From contig JACOTW010000003.1 in assembly GCA_016178135.1 (NCBI GenBank), positions 472 through 64,471 of the forward strand: DNA of 64,000 nt. Direction: 5' to 3'. This DNA is from Candidatus Saccharimonadota bacterium (lineage in GTDB: Bacteria > Patescibacteriota > Saccharimonadia > Saccharimonadales > JACOTW01). Within the stretch, counting starts at the first letter, position 1, and the number at the start of each line of letters is the position of its first letter. Below the pieces are notes generated by a model. That model made no database searches, was not told the origin of the DNA, and worked only from the letters and a program-made list of their open reading frames with translations. Both the position numbers and the translations under genes were made by a program. Positions 1-8,518 of the stretch are shown here, piece after piece.

Positions 1-13
1 GTCAAAGTTTCAA

Positions 14-571
14 GTGGCCGAAGAACTGGCCGCATTGATGGTGTTTTGTTGGCAGCTCGCCCCATCAACAGGCGACCTGAAAATTAATAATCAAAGTGAA
101 CGTGAAATTGCTCAATTAGTCGTAAAGAGCCTGCATGAACAAGCATCAAATGACAGCGACACGGCGCAAATACAATATTCTTGGGCTACGAAGAATGTTA
201 TGCGGACATTAGGTATGGCGATTGTAGCACTTCAAGACAAGGATTATGCGACTAGGGATTTTACGGTCAATTTCAATTCTTTGCTTCACGCGAGCGGTTC
301 AGCCAAGCCAGGAGGCAAGGGGATGATAAGGGGCTCTAATGACGACGAGCACCTACGTAAAATTAACCAATTAGCAGCATGCAAGGGTTGTAGTCCGGAG
401 ATGTTTCAACCGGAAACCGAAGCCTCGCCTATAATAGAAGAAGCAAAAAAAGTATGTAGTGGGTGTGGCGTAAGAGATGATTGCCTGGATTATGCAATTT
501 CACATAATGCAACGGGTATTTGGGGTGGTACAACCGATCAGGAAAGAAAAAACTTGGCAAAAAAACACTAA
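14..571 (+). CDS. WhiB-family Fe-S domain protein (C-terminal WhiB domain; may be 5'-partial)
   Basis: C-terminus AACKG...EAKKVCSGCGVRDDCLDYA...GIWGGTTDQER has the four Cys and the G(I/V)WGG turn of WhiB. Confidence 0.85.
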   Translation: MAEELAALMVFCWQLAPSTGDLKINNQSEREIAQLVVKSLHEQASNDSDTAQIQYSWATKNVMRTLGMAIVALQDKDYATRDFTVNFNSLLHASGSAKPGGKGMIRGSNDDEHLRKINQLAACKGCSPEMFQPETEASPIIEEAKKVCSGCGVRDDCLDYAISHNATGIWGGTTDQERKNLAKKH

Positions 572-574
572 ATA

Positions 575-727
575 GGACTTACGCACTTTCTTACCACACC
601 AGACTTAACCTATGTGGCTACAAACGGCCCATGTTCTCTCGGTGTAGCTATGGCTACCCCTCCAGAACCTGAACCGTTTTCGCTCACCCAGCTACACTTT
701 GGCATTGGCAACAAAGTGCGAAAGTCC
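575..727. repeat. Palindromic miniature element, family B
   Basis: Ends GGACTTACGCACTTT / AAAGTGCGAAAGTCC are inverted; central GTAGC-TATG-GCTAC hairpin shared with family A. Confidence 0.85.
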
Positions 728-771
728 TATAAAAATAAGTTTACCATGTGATAAGGTGTTATTTGTAAACT

Positions 772-3708
772 ATGAAACGTTATAATCCTAAAGAAATCGA
801 GCCAAAGTGGCAAAAAGTTTGGGAAGATCGAAAGATCTATCAAGCCTCTGAAGATCCAGCTAAGCCTAAACGCTATGTGTTGGAATATTTTCCGTACCCC
901 AGTGGTGCGGCCATGCACGTTGGGCATGTACGCAATTACACCATAGGTGACGTTGTGGCACGTTTTTACCGGATGCGTGGCTACAATGTTATGCATCCGA
1001 TGGGTTGGGATGCATTTGGACTGCCCGCCGAAAATTACGCCATTAAAAACAACATTAGCCCCCAGCAAGCGATAGCCGAGAACACTACCAGGTTTAAGCA
1101 ACAGCTTATGCGGATGGGTTTTAGCTATGATTGGTCGCGCGAAATCAATAGCTCTGACCCCAGTTATTATAAGTGGACGCAGTGGTTTTTCAAGCTGTTG
1201 TTCGATCGCGGGCTGGCGTACCAAAAAGAATCTCCCCAGTGGTGGTGCGAAACGGACAAAACGGTATTGGCAAACGAGCAGGTAGAATCCGGCAAGTGCT
1301 GGCGTTGCGGCAATGAAGTGACCAAAAAATCTCTCAAACAATGGTTTTTCAAGATTACAGATTACGCCGATAGATTAGTAGAAGATTTGGAAGATTTGGA
1401 TTGGTCAGATGCGATCAAATCCATGCAACACAATTGGGTTGGACGGAGCAAGGGTGCCGAGATCACTTTTGCAGTAGAAACTAGCAAGCAGAAAACAGCA
1501 AAGGAAGAAAAAATCATCGTCTTTACGACTCGGGCCGATACTTTGTTTGGGGCAACCTTCATGGTACTAGCCCCCGAGCACCCATTGGTGATGAAAATTG
1601 CGAAAGATTCGCAAAAATCAGAGGTGGAAAAGTACGTTAAACAGGCCCAGGTAAAGAGCGACATTGAACGGCAAGACACTGACCGCGAGAAAACAGGTGT
1701 ATTTACCGGTGCTTATGCAATTAACCCCGCCAACAACGAGAAGATTCCAATCTGGATAGCAGACTATGTATTGTACGGTTACGGTACAGGGGCCATCATG
1801 GCTGTGCCGGCTCATGATGAACGTGACTTTGAGTTCGCCGTGAAGTTTGATCTTCCGATCCGACAGGTATTTATGGAGTCGGGAGATGACCCGGTCAATC
1901 CACCGCAAGAAAAATTCAAGATGATCAAACGCAAAACAGTTGTTGTCCACCTGAGAGATCGTTCATCCGGCAAGTATGCGTTGCTTAATTGGCACGGGAC
2001 ATTAGAGGGTATCACAACGGCGATAATGGGAGGTATTGATGAGGGCGAGACGGCAGAAAATGCCGCGCTGAGGGAGATATCAGAAGAAGCAGGGATACAT
2101 AATGCCAAGATTGTAAAAACTGCCAGATGGATAAGCGCAGCCACCTACTGTGCATCGCACAAACAAGTAAATAGAAAATCAATTTCTACGGCTGTCTTAG
2201 CAGAAGTCGATAACTTGTCAAAACAGACCGAGGTAGCTGATTATGAAAAAAAGACCCATACCCTCATCTGGGTTACAGGTGATGCCGTAGAAGAATCGCT
2301 AATACCGATTAACCAAAAGCAAATCTGGAGTTATTTACAAAACGAGACCGCACTAACAGGTGAAGGTGAAGTCATTAACTCAGGAGAGTATGATGGTCTA
2401 TTGACATCAGATATGCGGGAAAAGATCGTGGCTGATTTGGCCAAGAAAAAAGTCGGCAAGGAAGTCGTCAATTACAAAATGCGCGATTGGCTCATTAGTC
2501 GGCAACGGTATTGGGGGGCACCAATTCCTATCATTCATTGCCCTAAAGATGGTGCCGTGGCGGTGCCAGACGATCAGTTACCGGTGGAACTGCCAGAGGT
2601 CAAGAGCTATCAGCCGACTGGCGAGGGGGCTAGCGTGCTGGCTGGCGTGGAGGAATGGGTCAATACAACTTGTCCTAAATGTGGCGAACCAGCCAAAAGA
2701 GAAACAGACACCATGGACGGTTTTGCTTGCTCCAGCTGGTATTTCCTGCGTTTTGCCGATCCGCATAATGATGTAGAGCCATTTAGCCCCCAAAAAGCCA
2801 AGTTTTGGTTGCCGGTAGATGATTACATCGGTGGAGCCGAACACGCCGTGATGCATTTGCTGTATGCTCGTATGTGGACCAAGGTTATGTATGATGCTGG
2901 ACTTGTAGAATTCAAAGAACCGTTTACGGCACTCCGCAACCAAGGTATGATTTTAGCTCCTGATGGTCAAAAGATGAGCAAGTCCAAGGGTAATACTATT
3001 GAGCCAGATGAGTTATTAGATCAAGGTTATGGTGCGGATTCGGTGCGTCTCATGGAACTTTTTATAGGCCCATGGGATCAATCAGCAGCCTGGAGCGTTA
3101 AAGGTTTGGGCGGTACGTATCGTTTTTTGAATCGTGTGTGGACTATCTGTCAAGAGCATATGACAGAAGTTACTAAGCTAGAAACTGAAGATCAAACTCA
3201 AAAAGTAGAAAATCAGGATATTAGCAAAGAATTGCGACGGGCTGTTCATCAGGCAATTAAGCGGGTTAGTGTAGACTTGCACGATATGGGCTTCAATACG
3301 TCTATAGCTACGCTTATGGAATTGACTAACGAGCTATATAAACTTAAAAGAAGCTATCCGGTAGGTTCGGCTGAATGGCACGATGCTTTAAGTATTTTGT
3401 TGCAATTGTTGGCACCGTTCGCACCCCACATTACCGAGGAATTATGGCAACAGTTAGGTGGACAAACATCGATACATACCAGCTCGTGGCCATTATGGGA
3501 CGATGCCCTGTTGGTGAATAACATCATGAAAATTATTGTGCAGATCAATGGTAAGTTACGGGCTGAAATCCATATTGCCACTGGTGCAAGTGAGATACAA
3601 GTTCTAGATACCGCTAAGGCTAACGAACGAGTAGCAAGCTATCTTCAGGATCACAAAATCAAGAAATCTATATATGTACCAAATAGACTAGTGAATTTTG
3701 TAGTCTAG
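772..3708 (+). CDS. leuS: Leucine--tRNA ligase with inserted NUDIX-like domain
   Basis: FPYPSG..HVGH, DWLISRQRYWG, KMSKS motifs; internal GGIDEGETAENAALREISEEAG Nudix box. Confidence 0.97.
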   Translation: MKRYNPKEIEPKWQKVWEDRKIYQASEDPAKPKRYVLEYFPYPSGAAMHVGHVRNYTIGDVVARFYRMRGYNVMHPMGWDAFGLPAENYAIKNNISPQQAIAENTTRFKQQLMRMGFSYDWSREINSSDPSYYKWTQWFFKLLFDRGLAYQKESPQWWCETDKTVLANEQVESGKCWRCGNEVTKKSLKQWFFKITDYADRLVEDLEDLDWSDAIKSMQHNWVGRSKGAEITFAVETSKQKTAKEEKIIVFTTRADTLFGATFMVLAPEHPLVMKIAKDSQKSEVEKYVKQAQVKSDIERQDTDREKTGVFTGAYAINPANNEKIPIWIADYVLYGYGTGAIMAVPAHDERDFEFAVKFDLPIRQVFMESGDDPVNPPQEKFKMIKRKTVVVHLRDRSSGKYALLNWHGTLEGITTAIMGGIDEGETAENAALREISEEAGIHNAKIVKTARWISAATYCASHKQVNRKSISTAVLAEVDNLSKQTEVADYEKKTHTLIWVTGDAVEESLIPINQKQIWSYLQNETALTGEGEVINSGEYDGLLTSDMREKIVADLAKKKVGKEVVNYKMRDWLISRQRYWGAPIPIIHCPKDGAVAVPDDQLPVELPEVKSYQPTGEGASVLAGVEEWVNTTCPKCGEPAKRETDTMDGFACSSWYFLRFADPHNDVEPFSPQKAKFWLPVDDYIGGAEHAVMHLLYARMWTKVMYDAGLVEFKEPFTALRNQGMILAPDGQKMSKSKGNTIEPDELLDQGYGADSVRLMELFIGPWDQSAAWSVKGLGGTYRFLNRVWTICQEHMTEVTKLETEDQTQKVENQDISKELRRAVHQAIKRVSVDLHDMGFNTSIATLMELTNELYKLKRSYPVGSAEWHDALSILLQLLAPFAPHITEELWQQLGGQTSIHTSSWPLWDDALLVNNIMKIIVQINGKLRAEIHIATGASEIQVLDTAKANERVASYLQDHKIKKSIYVPNRLVNFVV

Positions 3709-3796
3709 TTCAGTAATTTTGTCGTTCTGGAGTTCTGGTTGAGTTTTTGGTCAAAATCAGCTAAACTTATCCTAAGTATATAGGAGTATTGTTTTC

Positions 3797-3940
3797 ATGG
3801 GTAAACCAAAAAAACGCACTAGCCCCCGCCGAACAGGTATGCGCCGTAGTCATTTAGTACTGGAATTGGCTCGTGCGGTTAATGCCAAATCACCAGTAAA
3901 AGTTCGCACCACTAAACGCGAAACAGGCAAAAATATATAG
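3797..3940 (+). CDS. rpmF: 50S ribosomal protein L32 (47 aa, Cys-free; not in ORF track)
   Basis: Manual translation MGKPKKRTSPRRTGMRRSHLVL...; AGGAG upstream; precedes nusB. Confidence 0.88.
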   Translation: MGKPKKRTSPRRTGMRRSHLVLELARAVNAKSPVKVRTTKRETGKNI

Positions 3941-3999
3941 TTTCTAAGTTTGAAAATACTATATACTGGTAGTAGTTACTAAAAGAAAGACTTAACAAC

Positions 4000-4473
4000 G
4001 TGGCATCTAATCGTCATCTTGGCCGTATAATTGCACTTCAGACGCTCTATGAACAGGATTTTCGCAGTGAATGCGAAGATAAGGGCTTTAATCTGGTCGC
4101 GGTGCTTGAACGCAATATTGGCAGGTATCGTGATATGCTTGACGGTGGTGATTTTACTGAAAGTCTGGTTAATGGTGTCAACGCGAAAGAAGTCGAATTA
4201 AATAAGTTGCTTAAGCCCATAGCCCCAGAAAGACCAATTGATCAGATTGCTCGCATGGACCTTATAGTATTGCACATTGGCGTTTACGAACTTCTATACG
4301 AACAAGGTACACCGCCAAAAGTGGTTATTAATGAGGCAGTTGAGCTGGCAAAATCTTTTGGCGGAGATAATTCTTCAAAATTTATCAACGGCGTATTAGG
4401 TACGCTGCTAAAACAAATAGAAGCCACTAAATCTACACCCAAATCAGTTAAAATTAAGAAAGACAATAAATGA
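4000..4473 (+). CDS. nusB: Transcription antitermination factor NusB
   Basis: [14 protein letters not shown]...[27 protein letters not shown]. Confidence 0.95.
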   Translation: MASNRHLGRIIALQTLYEQDFRSECEDKGFNLVAVLERNIGRYRDMLDGGDFTESLVNGVNAKEVELNKLLKPIAPERPIDQIARMDLIVLHIGVYELLYEQGTPPKVVINEAVELAKSFGGDNSSKFINGVLGTLLKQIEATKSTPKSVKIKKDNK

Positions 4474-4487
4474 ACACTAATACTCTA

Positions 4488-4645
4488 CTGGACTTACGCA
4501 AAGCTCCCTCATCCCCAGACCAACTAACCTCGGCTACAAACAGTTTTTCCTCTCTCGATGTACCTTCAGGTACCTCTCCTTCAGATAAAACTGTTTTCGC
4601 TCGAGCTGATTCGCCCTGGGAACGGGGGATTTTGCATAAGTCCAG
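4488..4645. repeat. Palindromic miniature element, family A (158 bp) inside small ORF 4470-4739
   Basis: CTGGACTTACGCAAA...TTTGCATAAGTCCAG; flanks TCTA/TTTA. Confidence 0.95.
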
Positions 4646-4735
4646 TTTAGAATCATATAAACTGGATCAGATTCGACACACTATTCATAATACATATTAC
4701 GCAAGACACTCTAGGCAAGCGCTCGAGGTACAATC

Positions 4736-5233
4736 ATGAAACGACCAAAGCCAATCCAAGGTTTTAAAAAATTTGTTACTGACCGTAAACCAGTAATTAA
4801 CGAGGTAGTTCGTGAACCAACCGCCGGTGGAGTGATTTTTAGACATAATGATAAAAATGAAATCGAAATTCTACTTATTCAAGATGCCAGAAATCGCTGG
4901 ACCATTCCAAAAGGTCATATTGAAGAAGGCGAATCAGCGAAGCAGACTGCTGAAAGGGAAATTCGCGAAGAGACAGGCTTGGAGGAAGTGAAGATTTTGA
5001 GCTGGCTTGGTAAAATTAATTTTCGCTACCGTCGTCAACAAAGCCTGGTGCTTATGACAACCGAAATTTTTCTAGTAAAGGCTCTTAACAGGACCGATAA
5101 AATAAAGCCTGAAGATTGGATGAACGATATTAAATGGTTCACGGCAACCGAGGCGCTTGATAAAATTGAATATGATGATATAGGCAAGTTGATGTTGTTA
5201 GGACTAAAAAAGATTAGACAGGACAAGTTTTAA
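4736..5233 (+). CDS. NUDIX hydrolase
   Basis: PKGHIEEGESAKQTAEREIREETG Nudix box. Confidence 0.92.
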   Translation: MKRPKPIQGFKKFVTDRKPVINEVVREPTAGGVIFRHNDKNEIEILLIQDARNRWTIPKGHIEEGESAKQTAEREIREETGLEEVKILSWLGKINFRYRRQQSLVLMTTEIFLVKALNRTDKIKPEDWMNDIKWFTATEALDKIEYDDIGKLMLLGLKKIRQDKF

Positions 5234-5234
5234 G

Positions 5235-5930
5235 ATGCAAGAAGCTTCCGTGTACTTAGCCTTTGCCAGAGACAAACTGGGAGTTACTTTTAATAATATT
5301 GAACTTTTGATTACGGCTTTTACGCACCGATCTTATGTCAATGAGCATCGTAAAACGGTTAAAGAGCATAATGAACGTTTGGAGTTTTTGGGTGATGCCG
5401 TACTCGAGCTGGTGGTTACGGAATATCTTTTTAATAATTTTATTGATCCAGAAGGTACACTTACGAATTGGCGCAGTGCGCTTGTTCGTACGGAGAGTAT
5501 TAGTGCTGCCGCTACTCGTCATGAGTTCGAGCCATTACTGCGCCTAAGTCGTGGTGAAAAAAGGGGTACATCACGTGCTCGAGCACAAATCCTAGCCAAT
5601 TGTTACGAATCCGTTATTGGAGCCATTTATATTGATCAGGGTTATGAGGCGGCGAAACGGTTTATAAAAGATAGTCTGTTGACGACATTCAAAGACATAC
5701 TAGAGACTGGTTCATGGATGGATCCAAAGTCTCATTTGCAAGAATTAGCTCAAAGCCAAGAAAATGCCACGCCAGTTTATAAGGTGCTTGAAGAAGAGGG
5801 GCCTGATCACGAGAAATTGTTTTCAGTTGGTGTATATGTTGATGGTAAGCTAAAGGGCGAGGGCCAAGGCCCCAGTAAACAAGCGGGGCAGGTTGCCGCC
5901 GCCGAAGCCGCCCTATTGACTTATAAATAA
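5235..5930 (+). CDS. rnc: Ribonuclease III
   Basis: HNERLEFLGDAVL signature and C-terminal dsRBD. Confidence 0.97.
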   Translation: MQEASVYLAFARDKLGVTFNNIELLITAFTHRSYVNEHRKTVKEHNERLEFLGDAVLELVVTEYLFNNFIDPEGTLTNWRSALVRTESISAAATRHEFEPLLRLSRGEKRGTSRARAQILANCYESVIGAIYIDQGYEAAKRFIKDSLLTTFKDILETGSWMDPKSHLQELAQSQENATPVYKVLEEEGPDHEKLFSVGVYVDGKLKGEGQGPSKQAGQVAAAEAALLTYK

Positions 5931-5939
5931 ACATTTTGA

Positions 5940-6198
5940 TGCACGCCTCCGGCTCGCTTGAGACCTACTTTTACCAGCAGCAGTAAAAGTAGGCAAAAAT
6001 GCCGCAGCTGCCGTCAGTTCTTGATGACTTCACAGTCAAAGCGCACAATGCTCGGAGAACTCACCATTTCTTTTATTACTTTAAGATGAGAAATAGCTTA
6101 ACAACTCCTCGCATCTAATTGTGCTTTTGACATTCAGGCTTCAGGAACTTACGGATGCTGGGGGAGGCCATGGAATGCGCTCCTGCTGAGCGCGCATT
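5940..6198. repeat. Large imperfect palindromic intergenic element
   Basis: CCTACTTTTAC-n-GTAAAAGTAGG hairpin plus long arm GTCAAAGCGCACAAT...ATTGTGCTTTTGAC. Confidence 0.55.
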
Positions 6199-6207
6199 AG
6201 TAATTAA

Positions 6208-6365
6208 CTCGACTTACGCAAAACTCCTCCATCCCCAGATCGAATTCTATCGGCTGCAAACAGTTTTTCTGTCCTCGATGTAGCCACAGCTACCTCTCCG
6301 CCAGATAAAACTGTTTTCGCTCGAGATAATTCACTCTGAGAACGGACGATTTTGCGTAAGTCGAG
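6208..6365. repeat. Family A element (158 bp), TTAA target duplication
   Basis: CTCGACTTACGCAAAA...TTTTGCGTAAGTCGAG flanked by TTAA on both sides. Confidence 0.95.
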
Positions 6366-6372
6366 TTAATAC

Positions 6373-7218
6373 TTATTTCATTAATAACAGCCCAATCAGG
6401 GCAATGAGACAACCAAGTATTTTGCGCTTTATGTGGTCTCGCTCGTTTAACCAGAGGGCTGCGGCCCCAAAAATAACCACAATCTTGAAAGTTGTAACTG
6501 CCGAAACAATACTCAAGTTGCCCACAATATTTAATAGCGTTACCCAGGAGATGGCTTGTAAAAACTTTAATCCGCCAGTCACCAGGGTATCTTTTCGGTT
6601 GTAAGTGGAATGGCTGCGAGTCAACAAGGTTATAAATCCCAACCCCAAGCATTGTGACCACCAGCTCAACAAGGTTCCTGCAGTAAAACCGGTTGTTTTC
6701 ATAAGTGCGCGCTCAGCGCTCAAAAGTATTCCAAGCAGAACTCCACTTGCCAACATCATTAAAAAGTATTTATCAAACTTGAAACGGCCAAGCTGGTGGT
6801 TTTTGGATACAATAATAACAGATGCAAGTAGTAGAGTCGTTCCAATGACTTGCAAAGGCGTTAGACCTTCACCTAGGAATAGCGTAGCAATGATAATGGT
6901 AACTGGCGTGTAGATATTGACAATTATGTTGGTCACAGTGGCATCTACGTGTCGCTGAGCAGTGTAGTTGGTAATAAAGTACGCTGAACCAGCACCCGCG
7001 CAAGTCAAAGCTAATAAAACCAAATGGGCCGTGTTGCCATGAATCCGAAAAGGCGAGAATAATGGCAACATCAAGCCGAGAACGGCAATTATAAGAGTGG
7101 TATGAAATGCAAAGGAAATTTGGTTGTCCTGTTCGCGTTTGGTTGCCAGCCAGCGCCTTTGCAACGGAGAAGCCGAAGCGGCAACAAAATAAAAAAGGTA
7201 GGCGAACAGAGTCATCAT
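6373..7218 (-). CDS. EamA/DMT family transporter
   Basis: About 10 hydrophobic helices in two repeats, FLGEGLT and WLNERD motifs. Confidence 0.8.
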   Translation of the reverse strand: MMTLFAYLFYFVAASASPLQRRWLATKREQDNQISFAFHTTLIIAVLGLMLPLFSPFRIHGNTAHLVLLALTCAGAGSAYFITNYTAQRHVDATVTNIIVNIYTPVTIIIATLFLGEGLTPLQVIGTTLLLASVIIVSKNHQLGRFKFDKYFLMMLASGVLLGILLSAERALMKTTGFTAGTLLSWWSQCLGLGFITLLTRSHSTYNRKDTLVTGGLKFLQAISWVTLLNIVGNLSIVSAVTTFKIVVIFGAAALWLNERDHIKRKILGCLIALIGLLLMK

Positions 7219-7232
7219 ATGAGCTTAGTATA

Positions 7233-7391
7233 CTGGACCTGTCGCAAAATCGCCCGTTCCCAGGCTAAATCAGCTCGAGCTGGGAGTAGTTTGACCGAAG
7301 GAGAGGTAGCCATAGCTACATCGAGAGAAGACAGACCACTATCAGTCGATACCAGTTGGTCTGGGGATGGGGGAGCTTTGCATAAGTCCAG
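7233..7391. repeat. Family A element (159 bp)
   Basis: CTGGACCTGTCGCAAAA...TTTGCATAAGTCCAG. Confidence 0.95.
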
Positions 7392-7504
7392 CTGACATTG
7401 CGGGATAACTTGTGGGCTTTTTTGGGATTTTTTGTTGACAACAGGGGTGATTATCTGTAGAATTACTTGGTTATCAATTAATTTTTAACAGGGAAGGAAA
7501 TTGA

Positions 7505-7942
7505 ATGTTAGTCATTCGTATGCAGCGTACTGGCCGTAAGGGTTACGCTCAATTCCGCGTTGTAGTCCAAGACTCGCGCCGGACCCCTACTAGTGGGCGG
7601 GTTGTAGCTTTGCTCGGAAGTCTTAATCCGCACACTAAACAGGCAATTATCAATAAAGAAAAAGCCGTTTTTTATATGGAACATGGTGCTCAGCCTTCAG
7701 ATAGAGTTGTTCAGCTTTTTCAGGCAGAGGGCATAAAATTGCCCGAATGGGTTAAGGCTGCAACTATCAAAAAACGTGAAATTCGTAACTCTGAAAAATT
7801 ACGCAAAAATCGTCCAGCCGAACCGGAAAAAGAGACCTCTAGTGATCAGTCAGCTAATAAATCGGAAGAAGTTAAATCAGACGCTGTTGAGATTGAAGCC
7901 GAAGATCAATCTACCGATACACCAGCTTCCAAACCCGAATAG
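7505..7942 (+). CDS. rpsP: 30S ribosomal protein S16
   Basis: MLVIRMQRTGRKG..FRVVVQDSR..GAQPSDRV; acidic C-tail. Confidence 0.95.
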   Translation: MLVIRMQRTGRKGYAQFRVVVQDSRRTPTSGRVVALLGSLNPHTKQAIINKEKAVFYMEHGAQPSDRVVQLFQAEGIKLPEWVKAATIKKREIRNSEKLRKNRPAEPEKETSSDQSANKSEEVKSDAVEIEAEDQSTDTPASKPE

Positions 7943-7949
7943 CCCACAA

Positions 7950-8000
7950 TCATCATTCCACCATTCCAGCATCATTCCAGGGGTACCCCCTGGAATGATG
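7950..8000. terminator. Hairpin with CATTCCA repeats after rpsP
   Basis: CATCATTCCAGGGG-TAC-CCCCTGGAATGATG inverted repeat at 7970-8000, preceded by direct copies of CATTCCA. Confidence 0.5.
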
Positions 8001-8024
8001 TAATGGTTGTGGTATGAAGTCTTA

Positions 8025-8062
8025 CTGGACCTGTCGCAAAACTCCCTCGTTCCCAGAGTGAT
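8025..8062. repeat. Family A terminal fragment
   Basis: CTGGACCTGTCGCAAAACTCCCTCGTTCCCAGAGTGA. Confidence 0.8.
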
Positions 8063-8072
8063 TTTATATTGA

Positions 8073-8403
8073 CTGGACCTGTCGCAAAGCTCCCCCATCC
8101 CCAGACCAACTAATCTCGGCTGGTAGCGGTCTGTCTTCTCTCGATGTAGCAAAGAGCTAATTAACATCTATCTATCGGCTAAAATCTTCAGGTCTGCCAC
8201 TTTTATTCTGTTTTTTGTTTTCGGTTCGTACCGATAGGTACGACCAAAAGCCAAGAAAACAGAATAAAAATCATGCCAGCTGCTAAAGATTCGCTATCAA
8301 CGGATAGATGTTAATTAGCTCTAAGGCTACCTCTCCTTCAGGCAAACCATTCCCAAATCGAGCTGATTTAGCCTGGGAACGGGCGATTTTGCGACAGGTC
8401 CAG
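8073..8403. repeat. Family A element (TTGA duplication) interrupted by a nested palindrome
   Basis: Both A termini present, TTGA on both flanks; central hairpin split by about 171 bp. Confidence 0.92.
8153..8322. repeat. Nested palindromic element, family C
   Basis: 20-bp terminal IR AGAGCTAATTAACATCTATC / GATAGATGTTAATTAGCTCT; inner TTTTATTCTGTTTT / AAAACAGAATAAAA; central GTACC-GATA-GGTAC. Confidence 0.85.
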
Positions 8404-8518
8404 TTGAGGCCAATAAATTAAAGAGACAATTTTGCATTATAACGTACTTGACCAAAACCCTCGGGGGGGGGGGTAAACTCACATATAAAGGATAAGCATA
8501 AAAAGGAATACATAGCTC

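Noticed and set aside
6290-7395. ORFs 6290-6661 and 7102-7395, and similarly 7877-8167, 12941-13186, 13821-14009, 24606-24839 and 60682-61104
   Set aside because: They are open frames produced by the stop-poor family A element or antisense to real genes, with no independent coding evidence
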